IMG/VR virus record: IMGVR_UViG_3300021400_000131
Span: 12,648 to 76,647 of that record
Source: a virus
Lineage: Duplodnaviria; Caudoviricetes
DNA: 64,000 bases
Direction: 5' to 3' (one strand)
Within the stretch, counting starts at the first letter, position 1; every line of letters starts with the position of its first letter. Positions 20,201-29,756 of the stretch are shown here, one piece after another. Under the pieces are notes generated by a model. It was not told the DNA's origin and made no database searches. It saw only the letters and a list, made by a program, of their open reading frames with translations. Both the position numbers and the translations under genes were made by a program.

Positions 20201-20565
20201 CGGATGTTGAAGGACAGCGATGTGATGTACCAGCTCCCCTTGCGCGGAAACAGGTCGTAGAAGCTGGTGCGCTTCTTGTTGCAGAGCGTGATGTTGCCAA
20301 GACTGAGAGACGCCTGCGTGAGTCCCGTGTTGCCGGACCTGTAGGTGAGCGTGGTCCAGCGCTTCGTGTGGCCCGACGTGTCCTTGAGTCCGATGACCCA
20401 CCACCACTCGAAGCCCTGTATGCGGTGGTCGTTGGTGTCCTTGAAGTCTGCTGAGTTGTTCTTCCACGTGACCTTGTGGTTCGTGCTGCCGCCGCTGTCG
20501 CGCGTCGGTGCCGTCACGCTTCCAGGTCCACCTGTCGGCTTCCTCTTGATGGACGTTGCTGCCAT
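17251..20565 (-). CDS. Large minor tail protein with FN3/Ig-like repeats
   Basis: 1104 aa immediately after the tape measure; beta-strand repeats (TNYYIKARRY, EYGYRIAC). Confidence 0.75.
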   Translation of the reverse strand: MAATSIKRKPTGGPGSVTAPTRDSGGSTNHKVTWKNNSADFKDTNDHRIQGFEWWWVIGLKDTSGHTKRWTTLTYRSGNTGLTQASLSLGNITLCNKKRTSFYDLFPRKGSWYITSLSFNIRGYNSKGKGPTRTATRSYGVSRTPEVSSFEHAEDTGHVSCTIKSDEGNDYRDRLNTRVTIDVEDTRKTGADRNTSIVKYTEATSYTAEYDVEDRFHLTYEQYVRVRVTAQARGYSGPSADASQEIYVSWPNKPVILTEQVSCPSREQLGKVTIPIDLMRTKEHPSTGVRLQVLANVDYERASDIPATEEDNWRDVGVPDDGECTALSVDMSLVIPETEGKRSWVRIKSWNQIEDGFYRYSDYYQLKELYTPAPTAEDDQCAIVSCTSADDGLGAMVTVGYANDSNTGTEVAWSDREDAWTSTDQPDTFEVTWDDDPKAASATEWDKSCTVDVRGLEQGTNYYIKARRYLERDDADTTYSPWSDARTVTPSVAPGAVTLTAPASVPIGSDCAVSWAFDGGTQTAWEIVSDGRVLKSGTDALGSCTLAADELQASADSNGNVRISVIVHTGGGTSQSEESVIVIAKPPTLSVEAGAYDGTTFTAGDVTAQPLVLRVRGSSPTSNVAVTVRAQGVDVGALGQLRQMAGDVMWSDTVTPTWAAISRPASANLLTNDPSKWVNGYYTIDSEGVRWLTTDGARLRTISPVAATEGTTYTAKVEVVPQEVPEEGEPPEEVDEQWQVSLVPVDADGAIIGDATTAGSTTTAIAGEGVAGYHVVLTHTLMDDETGTYVMVAASPSVVGSRVLVQLVEGSSASDWQQADEDADAFEGVILAPDGLDLRDGALYSVTARATDQTGLTSEAAECEFLVAWAHQAPTSYDGIAITPSDVTDEDGIRVRQCSITLAAPTDSYEETDLYDVWRSTPDGYYLVAEGVEIGGTVTDPYAPYGTGEYGYRIACRTVDGDIAWDDFEYELPGKDLRIDFGEEYVELPYNLSVTDAYTKDFESRHKLDGSIDGYWNEGTERKGTYNSDIIRVWEQDKVVALRRLASYAGSCFVRTPDGCAYEANVQVNSMGGQRRSYALAVTIDADEVALTRYVATVEESEEP

Positions 20566-20577
20566 TGGTACACCCTC

Positions 20578-23500
20578 CTACAGGTTGAGGATTCCGAGCG
20601 TTCGTGCGATGGCGTTGGCAACCTCGTCTGGGCCGCTCACACCAGTTACCGTGACCGTGATGTTATTCTGTGGCTGGTTGCCACCAAGCTTCCGTGCCAC
20701 GGCGTCGGAGATGTCATCGATGTAGGGCATCGAATACTTGCGGTTCGTCAGCGGCACGAGAGAGTTGCCGCTGTACAGCTCAGCGCCGTCCTCGCCCACC
20801 CAGCCGATGTTTGTCAGCGTCGGGCGCGTGAAGATGCCTGCGGCGTGCTTGGGCATCTTGTTCGGGTTGATGTAGGTTCCTGTCGCCTTCTTGACATCCC
20901 TCGTAACCCGCGTTGTGGTGAGCGTGACCGCCTTGGATTGCAGACTGTTGATGGCGTGGACAAGGTTCCACGTGTTCGATGCAGCCGCGCCGCTCGCAAC
21001 GTTGCCGTTTGCGGATATGTAGACGCTCTTGTTCCTCATGTTGTTGGCCGCAGTGTTCAGGCTCGCAACGTTCTTAGCGGCCTTGTCGCTTCCAGCGGCG
21101 TTGCCAGTCGCCTTGTACGACCTGCTCTTGCTGCTCATCTTGTTGGCAACCTCGTTGAGGTCGGCAATCCGCTCGGTGGCCTTCTGCAATCCGTTGGACG
21201 AGACGGTGATGGTGCTACGCACGTCGGTGGGCACCTTTCCAAGCGTGTCTGTCACGGCCTGTATGGCACCCGTGTCTGCGGTGACGCCAACGTTGATCTG
21301 CTTGTCGGTGCCAAGCTCTTCAATCTGGCTTGCGAACGTGCTGGTGTCGAGACGGACGGGGATGTTGATGCCACCAGTGTCGGCTCCGTTGACGGCACCA
21401 GAGAGGTTCGCGGCAAGCTCGCTCGTGTCGAGCGTGACGTTGACGTTCATGGACGTGCCCTCTTCGGCCTCGTCCTTCGCCTCGTCAATGCCGCTATCGT
21501 CCACCTCCGCGTTGACGGGCATATCCGCGCCCTCTTCGGCGTTGGCCTTCGATTCGTCAACAGAGCTATCTTCCACCTTGGCATTAACAGGCATGTCAGC
21601 GCCCTCTTCGGCATTGGCTTTAGCCTGATCGATGTTCTCTTCGCCCTCGACCTCGGCGTTGAACTTCAAGGTGTAGTCGTTGCCCGTCCACTCGTATATC
21701 TCGCCCTCAAGAGTCTCGAAGCTGGTGTGGTCCTCGTTCCACTTGATCTCGCCGTACTTCTCCTCAAGCTGCTTGTCGTTCCACTCGTCAATGAGGCCAA
21801 TCAGCGTGTCCATGTCGCCATCAGCCTGCTCGACCATCTTGCCGAAAACGTCGGGGTTCTGGTTTGAAAGCTCGGCAAACTCCTTGGCACCGACGCCCGC
21901 GTCCTGGAGGCCCTGTGCGAGCGTTTTGACCTTGGGCTGAATCTCCTCAAGAGAGCTTCCCCACTGGCCGTTGGCTATGATGGCATCGCTCATGGCCTGC
22001 GTGGTCATCATTATGCCCTCGCGCTCGCCATAGGCATTCGAGGTATAAAACGCGTTCTTATTGATAGCGCCAGTGAGCGCATCGTCGTACACCTTTAGCT
22101 CTTCGCCAGCGGCCTGGTACGCCTCGCGCGTCTCGCCTACCGCCTGGTTAAGCTCACGATAGGTTCCTGTCATACGGGCGGCGTTCTTGGCATCCTCCTC
22201 GGTCATGGTGTAAAGGTTGCCATAGCGGTCAACCGACGTGTCGCCAGTGTGCTCCTTGGCATACTCCTTCACAAAGTCGCGGCGTGCCTTACGCGCCTTC
22301 TTGTAGGCAATCTCCGTCTCTGCCTGCGCCTTGGACGCCTCGGTGTACATCTCCTCGTAGGCACTTACTTGCAGCTCGCGCTTCTTAGACTCGATGAGCT
22401 GGTCGATCTCGCCACGGAGGTTGCGGACGGAACCAGACTCTTTGTCATAAGCGCCGAAGAGAATGTCATGCTTGGTATAACTAGTGCCAAGGGCCTCGTT
22501 CAACCCGTCGATAGCCCATTTCAGTTCACCCTGACTACCAGCGTAGTCTTTGCCAGCACCAGCGGCCTTGTCGATAATCTCCTTGTACTTCTCAAGCATG
22601 CCGATGGACTCGCCCGTGCTCTCGCGCACCTCGCCGATCTTGCGGTAGTGGTCCTGCAAGCCGGAGAGGAAGTCGTTCATATTGACCTTGGCATCCTTCC
22701 AAGAGGTGCCGTATTGGGCGACCGCATCCTTGCCGTACAGCATCTCTGCCGCAAGACCGTCTGCACTCCCCTTCATGTCCTCCATGACGCCGTTGAACTT
22801 CGCGGCCTCGGCGTTGGACTTCACTATCTCCACGAGGAACGCGCCGACCGTCGCTGCGGCAATGCCGCCGAAGATGCCCAGGAACAGACTCCCGCTCGTA
22901 GCTGCCGCAGACAGACTGCTGGCAAGTTTCGTGACAGCAGTGCCAACATTCGTGAGCATGCTACCCTTGGTGCTCAGCTCCGTGACGCCGCCGCCAAACG
23001 ACTTGAACCACACGATGCCTTGGGAGACGGTGTTTACGATGAGCTTGGAGAGGCCACCAAAAATCTTTCCGAGATTTGAGAACATAGCAGCCGCGACTGG
23101 CTCGACTGCGGCGAACCCTGCCGCAAGACCGCCAAAGAGGACGATGCTGCCTTTGGCCTTGTCATCCAGCTTGTCAAAGAAGCTGATGAACCTCTCAAGT
23201 GCCTGCGTCGCAGTTTTCATGTAGGGCACCATCGCGTCGCCAAACTCTGCGGCAAGGACGCCAACGGTGTTCTTTAGTTTCTCGTATGTGCCAGAGAAGC
23301 CTTCTGCCTTGCGCTCGGCCTCACGCGCCGCGTCACCAGCATCGCCGAACTCGTCATCGAGTCCATTGAAGGCGTCGGTAGCCATGCGCACGGAGTTGTC
23401 AACCGTGTCAACCGTCTGCGCTAGTGCTGCGAGCGTCTGGTTCTGGCGGACGCCGTTGATATCAAGGCCCATGAGGGTTGCGAACACCTCGTCGCCATCG

Positions 23501-26500
23501 TCCTTTAGGCCCCGCACGAACGCCTTCAGCGTATCGCTCGGCTTGCTGCGCCACTCCTCCGCGAACTTCTCGGCACTCATGCCAGCGACCTCGGCGTACT
23601 TCTCTAGGCTGTCGCCGCCAGCGCTCACGGCCTTGCTGATGTTCGTGATGGTGGTGGCGATACCACTGGCTGCCGCCTCGCTCTTCTGTCCAGTCGATGC
23701 GATTGCAGCCGCCCAGCCCATAAGATCCGGGGTGCTGAAGTGCGCCACGTCGCCGATTGCGGAGAGACGCTGCGTAATCTGCATGATGTTGGACTCCTGC
23801 GTGGGCATGTTGTTGCCCAGGCGCACGAGCGCGTCGCCGAACTTATCGATGTTATCGGTGTCGAGGTCGCCCATGACGTTCATGATCTGGCCCATCTGAA
23901 GCGCGATGGTGTCAGATTGAATGTCTGTTGCCACGTCGAGGTTTGCAGCCACCTCTGCGAACTTGCCGATTCGCTCTGCTGCATCCTCGGCCTTCTTGCC
24001 GCTCTCGTCCATACCGACGCCAAGCTGCGCGGCGATTGCCTCCATCTCAAGCATGTCAGAAGCGCTCGTGACATGTGACATGCTGTACTTCATGGCTGCA
24101 TCGTAAAGTTGCTTGTACTCGCCCTCCTCGGCCTCGAACGTCTTGCGGAGGTCGCGGTACGAAGCGTCAATCTCGCTCGATGACGTGATGATGCTGCGGC
24201 CAGCGCGTGACGCAAACTGGCCTATCTGGACGCCAGCGTTGACAGCCGCCGTGCCGACCTCGCCAAAGTTGACGTTCATCGACTTCTTCAGCTCGTCAAT
24301 CTGAGTGTCGGTGGTGCGTATCTCGACTTCAAGCTCCTTGAATTCGTTCACCGCCGCTGCGGTGTCCGCCTCCTTGAGGGCGTCCTGAAGGGCCTTCTTG
24401 AGACGCGCAAGCTCCTCCTCGTTCTGGACGCCGGACTGCTCGAAGTTCTTGAGCGCTGCCCGCGCCTGTTCCACGTTCGCATTGGCCTTCTGGAATGCGA
24501 CGGCTGCGTTGCCCGTGTTGCGTGCAATCCTGTCGATGCCGTCAGCCTTGTATGCCTCAAGTTTGGAGCGGAGGGTGTCAGCCTTCTCGCGCGTCGCGTT
24601 GATGGCCTCGCGCAAGGCAACCATGCTCCTGACGGTAGTCGATATGCTGAGCGGCCTTATCTGCGACGCCTTGTTGAGTGCATCGAACCTGCCGCGTGCT
24701 TGCTCGGCACCAGCGCTCACTTGGTCGAGAACCGCGTCGATGGGCTTCAGGTAGTGCGCGACGGTGGACATGCCATCGAAGGAGCGGCTTGCTCCAGCCG
24801 CCGTCTCGCGCAGCTCTGCAAGGTCGAGCTTCGTCCGCGTGATCTGCTCGTCAAGGTTGCCCATGTCCTTCGCACGCTGCATGAAGTCGGCGTTCTTGAA
24901 TGCCGCCTCCATCTCGCCCTTAGCGTCCTCAAGGAGCCTATTGCACTCCTCAATCTCGGCGTTCAGCTCATTGATGCGCTGGGCACCTTCTTCGGTGCGG
25001 CCAGCAGCCTCGCTCATGCCCCCCAGCTCTTCCTGAGCGGATGTCGCCCTTGCCTGAAGCTTGTCAACGACGTCCGAGAGGACGCGGTACCGACTCGCCG
25101 CCTCCTCCGCCTTCACTGCAACGTTGCCAGTGGTTATGTCTAGGTTGGAGACGCCAGCGCGCTCAAGCTCCGCCTTTGCCGCGTTGAGTTCACGAAGCTT
25201 TGCCTCGGCAAGGCTGATTGCCTCGGCTGTAGCGTGCATCTGCTGCTCAGTGAGTTCGGTGTTGCCGGGGTTCTCCTGAAGGGCGCTGCTCAGCTCGTCA
25301 GCCCGGCGCTTGGCGTCATCGAACGCGGAGCCTAGCCCCTTGATCTTCTCGTTCACGTCGCCGAAGCTCCTGAGCGCCGTCGAGCCATCAGAGAGGCTGT
25401 CGAACCGCTCCTTCAGCTTGTCGAGTGCAGAGAAATCGACTTCAGGCACAATCTTCTGTCCGGAAGCCTTCTGCATAGCGACGTACAGGCGGTCCATTGT
25501 CGCCTCGTTCTGGGCGACCTTCACATCGAGATCGGAGACTTCCTGACGCTGGCGGGAAAGGTCGAACTGCTGGAACGCAGCCTCCTCGTCGGCCTTTGCG
25601 CCCCTCAGCTGCTCGCGCAGGTTGGCAAGCGCGCGATCATACGCATCGATGTTCGCTGAGAACGCTTCGTTGTCGCGTTTACCCTGCGTGTTGGCGATCT
25701 CGATGTTCAGCTCACGGACGCGGGCAGCGGCCTCATCGTAAGCGGCAGCGGCCTCGTTGGTCTGCTGCGCGGCGGACTTTGTGTAGTCGGACGCCTCGCG
25801 TATCGCGTCGATGTCGTATGCGGCGAGCTGCTCCTTGAGTCCCTGTGCCTCCTCTGTCGCAAGGCGCTCCGCCTCTTCAAGAAGCTCCATCTGCGTCGCG
25901 GCGATGCGAACGTTGTCCGGGTTCAGCTCAAGGGCACCCTTGAGTGAGTCGGCAGACCCCTCGGTTGACCTGAGCGATTCGGAAATGGCCTCGTACTGCG
26001 TGCGGAGGTTGGCAAGGCTGGACTCCACGCTGGATGGCATCTTGATGTCGGCGAGGGACTTCGCCATCTTGACGAAGCCTGCATCGACCTCAGCCACCTG
26101 CGCTTTCAGGCTACTGTACTGCTGAACAGCATGCGCCGTGTCCATACGTTGCTGCGCTGCCTCAAGGTCGGCCTTGAGAATCTTGAACATGCCGTCAGTC
26201 TCGCTGCCAGTGCGCGTGTACTCGTCAAGGGCACGCTGTGCCTTGTGGAACGCGGCTTCAGACTGCTCGACCTCCACAGAGATGCTGCCGACCTCCTGCG
26301 CCGTCCTGTCAAGCCCTGCGGACTCGTAGGAGGCGATGCGCTCCTTCAGGAGGTTGGACTGCATCTGCGCAGTGACCATCGCCTCGCCAAGAGCCTTCGT
26401 GTGTTGTGCGGCGAGGTCGAGGTTGGATGGGTCGATGGTGAACGCCGTGTCGAGACGACTGAAGTACTCCTGCGCCGTCTTTGCAGCAGCGGACACGAGA

Positions 26501-27204
26501 GTGAGCCTTTGGTTTACAGGCTCAAGCTGGTTGCCAAGCTCGCTGAATGACTTGTAGCGGTCAACCTCCGCGAGCTGGCGGTTGATCTTGTTGATCTCGG
26601 CTTCCTGTGCGGCAAGCTCCGCGTTCAGCTCGCCAAACTTGGCGGCGTTCGTGTAATCATCGAGGGCGGCGCGGGCTTCCTCCCAGCGGTCCTTGAGTTC
26701 CATGACCACATCGGCCTGCTCGTCGCCGACAAGGCTGCGAAGCCTCTTCTCGTCGAACGTCCCAGCGCGAGTCTCTTCCGAGACGTCGTAGTCAGTGGCC
26801 TCTTTGATGGCCTTGGACATCCATTCGAGTTCCCTGTTGACCTCTGCGTACTTCATCTTGGCACGCTCTGCCGCGAGCGTCACGCTGTCAGTGTTCCGTG
26901 CGAGGTCGGCGACGTCCTTGGCTGCTTGGCTCACAGGCCATTCGCTGAGCTGCTTGATGCCCTGGTTGAGCGAACTCATCTTCGCAGCGATATTCACAGC
27001 TTGGGCACCGAGTGCGCCAATCTGTCGGGTGGCGACGTTGATGTTGCCGGGGTCGATGCGTGTCGCCTGAGAGAGCTTGCGCAGCTCGGAGCCAGTCTTG
27101 AAGATGGCTGAGTTCGCTGTGCGCAGACCAGTGCTCAGCTTTGTGAGGTCAGCGCCAATCCTGATGGTCAAGCCCTTGTAGGCACCTGCTGGCACGCGGA
27201 CCAC
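20578..27204 (-). CDS. Tail tape measure protein
   Basis: 2208-aa Ala/Glu-rich coiled coil; GAYKGLTIRIGAD N-terminus; TP901-like core (LGNNMPTQESNI). Confidence 0.92.
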   Translation of the reverse strand: MVRVPAGAYKGLTIRIGADLTKLSTGLRTANSAIFKTGSELRKLSQATRIDPGNINVATRQIGALGAQAVNIAAKMSSLNQGIKQLSEWPVSQAAKDVADLARNTDSVTLAAERAKMKYAEVNRELEWMSKAIKEATDYDVSEETRAGTFDEKRLRSLVGDEQADVVMELKDRWEEARAALDDYTNAAKFGELNAELAAQEAEINKINRQLAEVDRYKSFSELGNQLEPVNQRLTLVSAAAKTAQEYFSRLDTAFTIDPSNLDLAAQHTKALGEAMVTAQMQSNLLKERIASYESAGLDRTAQEVGSISVEVEQSEAAFHKAQRALDEYTRTGSETDGMFKILKADLEAAQQRMDTAHAVQQYSSLKAQVAEVDAGFVKMAKSLADIKMPSSVESSLANLRTQYEAISESLRSTEGSADSLKGALELNPDNVRIAATQMELLEEAERLATEEAQGLKEQLAAYDIDAIREASDYTKSAAQQTNEAAAAYDEAAARVRELNIEIANTQGKRDNEAFSANIDAYDRALANLREQLRGAKADEEAAFQQFDLSRQRQEVSDLDVKVAQNEATMDRLYVAMQKASGQKIVPEVDFSALDKLKERFDSLSDGSTALRSFGDVNEKIKGLGSAFDDAKRRADELSSALQENPGNTELTEQQMHATAEAISLAEAKLRELNAAKAELERAGVSNLDITTGNVAVKAEEAASRYRVLSDVVDKLQARATSAQEELGGMSEAAGRTEEGAQRINELNAEIEECNRLLEDAKGEMEAAFKNADFMQRAKDMGNLDEQITRTKLDLAELRETAAGASRSFDGMSTVAHYLKPIDAVLDQVSAGAEQARGRFDALNKASQIRPLSISTTVRSMVALREAINATREKADTLRSKLEAYKADGIDRIARNTGNAAVAFQKANANVEQARAALKNFEQSGVQNEEELARLKKALQDALKEADTAAAVNEFKELEVEIRTTDTQIDELKKSMNVNFGEVGTAAVNAGVQIGQFASRAGRSIITSSSEIDASYRDLRKTFEAEEGEYKQLYDAAMKYSMSHVTSASDMLEMEAIAAQLGVGMDESGKKAEDAAERIGKFAEVAANLDVATDIQSDTIALQMGQIMNVMGDLDTDNIDKFGDALVRLGNNMPTQESNIMQITQRLSAIGDVAHFSTPDLMGWAAAIASTGQKSEAAASGIATTITNISKAVSAGGDSLEKYAEVAGMSAEKFAEEWRSKPSDTLKAFVRGLKDDGDEVFATLMGLDINGVRQNQTLAALAQTVDTVDNSVRMATDAFNGLDDEFGDAGDAAREAERKAEGFSGTYEKLKNTVGVLAAEFGDAMVPYMKTATQALERFISFFDKLDDKAKGSIVLFGGLAAGFAAVEPVAAAMFSNLGKIFGGLSKLIVNTVSQGIVWFKSFGGGVTELSTKGSMLTNVGTAVTKLASSLSAAATSGSLFLGIFGGIAAATVGAFLVEIVKSNAEAAKFNGVMEDMKGSADGLAAEMLYGKDAVAQYGTSWKDAKVNMNDFLSGLQDHYRKIGEVRESTGESIGMLEKYKEIIDKAAGAGKDYAGSQGELKWAIDGLNEALGTSYTKHDILFGAYDKESGSVRNLRGEIDQLIESKKRELQVSAYEEMYTEASKAQAETEIAYKKARKARRDFVKEYAKEHTGDTSVDRYGNLYTMTEEDAKNAARMTGTYRELNQAVGETREAYQAAGEELKVYDDALTGAINKNAFYTSNAYGEREGIMMTTQAMSDAIIANGQWGSSLEEIQPKVKTLAQGLQDAGVGAKEFAELSNQNPDVFGKMVEQADGDMDTLIGLIDEWNDKQLEEKYGEIKWNEDHTSFETLEGEIYEWTGNDYTLKFNAEVEGEENIDQAKANAEEGADMPVNAKVEDSSVDESKANAEEGADMPVNAEVDDSGIDEAKDEAEEGTSMNVNVTLDTSELAANLSGAVNGADTGGINIPVRLDTSTFASQIEELGTDKQINVGVTADTGAIQAVTDTLGKVPTDVRSTITVSSNGLQKATERIADLNEVANKMSSKSRSYKATGNAAGSDKAAKNVASLNTAANNMRNKSVYISANGNVASGAAASNTWNLVHAINSLQSKAVTLTTTRVTRDVKKATGTYINPNKMPKHAAGIFTRPTLTNIGWVGEDGAELYSGNSLVPLTNRKYSMPYIDDISDAVARKLGGNQPQNNITVTVTGVSGPDEVANAIARTLGILNL

Positions 27205-27210
27205 CCCCTG

Positions 27211-27456
27211 CTATATCCAGTTCTTGACGTCCTCTTCCGTTGCGTAACGGACGTCCTCTTTCTCCTTGGGACTCTTTGCGGCCTCGTATGCCTCGGCGCG
27301 GGACTCGAACAGCATCCTGCACACGCTCCACGGCATGCGCAGCGCCTCGTCCCATGCGACGCCAAGCTTCAGAAGCTCGGTCCAGATGTGCGTGTAGGGA
27401 AGCTGTATCTCTGGACCTTTTGCCGGATTACTCGGAGGCGGCGGCTCCGGCGTGAA
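27211..27456 (-). CDS. Tail assembly chaperone extension (gpGT-like), reached by frameshift
   Basis: Open frame FTPEPPPPSNPAK...LKLGVAWDEALRMPW...EEDVKNWI* with no start codon near its 5' end, in the +1 frame relative to the TAC. Confidence 0.6.
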   Translation of the reverse strand, partial: FTPEPPPPSNPAKGPEIQLPYTHIWTELLKLGVAWDEALRMPWSVCRMLFESRAEAYEAAKSPKEKEDVRYATEEDVKNWI

Positions 27457-27829
27457 ACAAACCCCGCTGGCACTCGTCGAACACGGCCTGCGAGATTTCG
27501 CTCATGTCAATGTCTCGCGTAGCTAGACACCACTCGATGAACGACGGCACCTGCACGCCCATCCTGTTCTCGCGCCGCGCGATGGCCTCGGACGTCTTGA
27601 GCATCGCCCAGAACGCACGCAGCTCGGCCATCCAGTTGTCGATGGTGTAGTCCATCGCCACCATGTTGCCGCTCTCGTCGAAGTTGCTGGCGGCGCGTCG
27701 AATGTCGATGCGCCCGAACACGTCCTTGATGAGGTCGCTCTTGAACTCCTGCTCGTAGATGACGAGGGTGTAGGTCGTAGCCTCGTACTCGCGCTCAATT
27801 CCGTTGTGCTCGTAGTCGATGGTGGGCAT
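27428..27829 (-). CDS. Tail assembly chaperone (gpG-like)
   Basis: Position between major tail and tape measure genes. Confidence 0.75.
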   Translation of the reverse strand: MPTIDYEHNGIEREYEATTYTLVIYEQEFKSDLIKDVFGRIDIRRAASNFDESGNMVAMDYTIDNWMAELRAFWAMLKTSEAIARRENRMGVQVPSFIEWCLATRDIDMSEISQAVFDECQRGLFHAGAAASE

Positions 27830-27947
27830 GTCTACCTTTCGTCGCAGTGTTCCATGTCAGGCGCAAAGCGCACAAAGAAAGGCCCTCTCCCCCATTCCGG
27901 GGAAGAGGGCCTGTGCTTCGGGTGCTCTGCTTGAGCGTTTTGGCTTG

Positions 27948-28559
27948 TTAGCCGTTGGCGGGTGCGGTGCCGGGGGTGATGACGGCGTTCCAGAACTTGT
28001 CGAAGGCATCGTGCGTCTGGCCGGAGTCATCGCAGTGGGCCTTGAGGACGTTCACCGTCTTGGCGCTGGTGCCCTCGCCAATGGTGAAGTCGCGGCCAGC
28101 GGCGGTGTAGTTGACCGACACGGTGTCGGGGTTGGTCGAGTCCGTCATGGTGTTGGAGGACTGAGACGGGGCGGTGAACGTGACGTTGTAGCGGACGCCG
28201 CGCTGCTTGCCCTCATTGCCGGAAACCTCATAGCCAAGCGCGAACGTGCGGGTAACAGGCTCGGTGTTCTGGTAGGTCAGGCCAGAGGTGGCATCGTTCT
28301 GGTATCCGAAGAGGTCGGTGTACATCTCGGCGGTGATGGCCGCAAACTCAATGGTGCCCGTCTCTTTGCCTGAAGCACTGATTGTGGCATAGATGCCATC
28401 ATCGGCATAGAAGTCGTTCTGGGTGGTGTCGGCATCGGAAGAGAGAGAGACGGCACCGGGGATAGACTTCCAAGGGCCGTAGGTACCAGCGGTACCATTC
28501 TCGCCGGGGGTGTAGACGGAGTAGTGGACGTTCTTGAGTCCGTAAATAACCTTGCCCAT
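27948..28559 (-). CDS. Major tail protein (phi13 family)
   Basis: MGKVIYGLKNVHY...IPGAVSLS...FYADDGIY motif. Confidence 0.9.
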   Translation of the reverse strand: MGKVIYGLKNVHYSVYTPGENGTAGTYGPWKSIPGAVSLSSDADTTQNDFYADDGIYATISASGKETGTIEFAAITAEMYTDLFGYQNDATSGLTYQNTEPVTRTFALGYEVSGNEGKQRGVRYNVTFTAPSQSSNTMTDSTNPDTVSVNYTAAGRDFTIGEGTSAKTVNVLKAHCDDSGQTHDAFDKFWNAVITPGTAPANG

Positions 28560-28578
28560 GTGTGGGCCTCCTATTCTG

Positions 28579-28902
28579 TTATGGGTGGAATGTCAGGGTG
28601 TAAGAGGTGACCCATGAGCTTTCCATGGGCACCCACGACTCGTAGCATGCGTAGGGGCCAAGCTTCGCAAGCTGCTCCTCAAGCGCGTCAACCTCGTCCT
28701 CGTCAGGCTCAGCCTGATAGAGGTCCACGTCGTAGCGCTGAAGCTTCGCGTAGTTGGCGTTGTCGGCAAAAAACTCGCCCTTCTTGAGCCTGCGGTACGA
28801 GAACCACGGGAGGGGCGGAACCTTGCCCTCGGGCCAGCCGCTCTTTGTGCCACGGATGCCGGACTCGCAAAGAGTCGCGTATACCGTTTCGTCAGGCGTC
28901 AT
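28579..28902 (-). CDS. Tail terminator/completion protein
   Basis: Synteny; FFADNANY...YDVDLY pattern. Confidence 0.7.
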   Translation of the reverse strand: MTPDETVYATLCESGIRGTKSGWPEGKVPPLPWFSYRRLKKGEFFADNANYAKLQRYDVDLYQAEPDEDEVDALEEQLAKLGPYACYESWVPMESSWVTSYTLTFHP

Positions 28903-29401
28903 TTATGGCCCTCTCGATTGAGGCGTCCAGATTCTCTTCCAGCTTCTTGAACGCGGTGTCTGCCGCTGGCTCTATGTGCGGGTGTGGGGCAGCGCGGAAG
29001 TAGCCATGGCCCTTCTCAAGCAGGTGCGCAAGTCCGGGATGTGACGGCGAGCCGACTTCGCCGGATGGCGCGTCGCCGCCCGTGATGAGCTGGTGCCTGA
29101 TGGAGCTTGCGTAACGGCCAGTCTTGTAGACCTTGCCGTACCACTTGATCTCCTTGACCTGCCCCTTGCGCTTGCCGCTCTTGTAGCGGATGATGCCGTC
29201 CTTCTTGATCTTGCCCCACCCGCCACGCGAGTAGGAGACGCTGAGGACGGCTCTGGCGTTCTTCTTCCACTCGTCCTCGCCCGTCTGCAACGCCCCCTCG
29301 ACGGCCTCTGGGGTCACGTCCTTGACGTTCTTTCCCACGCGGTCGAGCAGGTCGGTGAGGGCCTTGGCGAACTTGTCGGCTTCGACTACGACGTCACTCA
29401 C
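28892..29401 (-). CDS. HK97 gp10-like tail-completion protein
   Basis: LAHLLEKGH...PHPHIEPA motif. Confidence 0.8.
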   Translation of the reverse strand: MSDVVVEADKFAKALTDLLDRVGKNVKDVTPEAVEGALQTGEDEWKKNARAVLSVSYSRGGWGKIKKDGIIRYKSGKRKGQVKEIKWYGKVYKTGRYASSIRHQLITGGDAPSGEVGSPSHPGLAHLLEKGHGYFRAAPHPHIEPAADTAFKKLEENLDASIERAINDA

Positions 29402-29756
29402 CGTCTGTCCTGTCTCCGATTCGCTGTCCGATGGTCAGCGTGCGGAACTCGCCAGCGCCAGAGGAGTACATGACCTCGTAGCGCTCGCCGTGGTAGATGC
29501 ACTGGCTCTCGCCCTTGTAGTCGATGGCACGGAGCTGAATCATGTGCTCGTTGCGCAGGCCGACGTCGATTGGGTCCGTGCTGTTCGCCATGCGCACCTC
29601 TGAGGAGCGCAGGTTAGCCATCGCCATGACGCCTATGGTCATGGGGTTGCAGTAAACGGTTCGCGGCACCTGCTCGCCCTTGTGCCATGCGCCGGATGCG
29701 TCCTGATAGCTTTCGGGGCTAGAGAGCAGCGTCACGACGTCATTCCAGCGCGACAT
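29394..29756 (-). CDS. Head closure / head-tail adaptor (SPP1 gp16-like)
   Basis: Synteny; YKGESQCIYHGERYEV pattern. Confidence 0.75.
   Translation of the reverse strand: MSRWNDVVTLLSSPESYQDASGAWHKGEQVPRTVYCNPMTIGVMAMANLRSSEVRMANSTDPIDVGLRNEHMIQLRAIDYKGESQCIYHGERYEVMYSSGAGEFRTLTIGQRIGDRTDGE

Noticed and set aside
20476-21867. Long antisense ORFs (also 17146-18183, 30707-31687, 32635-33741, 34123-35031, 54789-55952)
   Set aside because: Shadow ORFs of high-GC3 genes on the opposite strand; no RBS or recognisable motifs.
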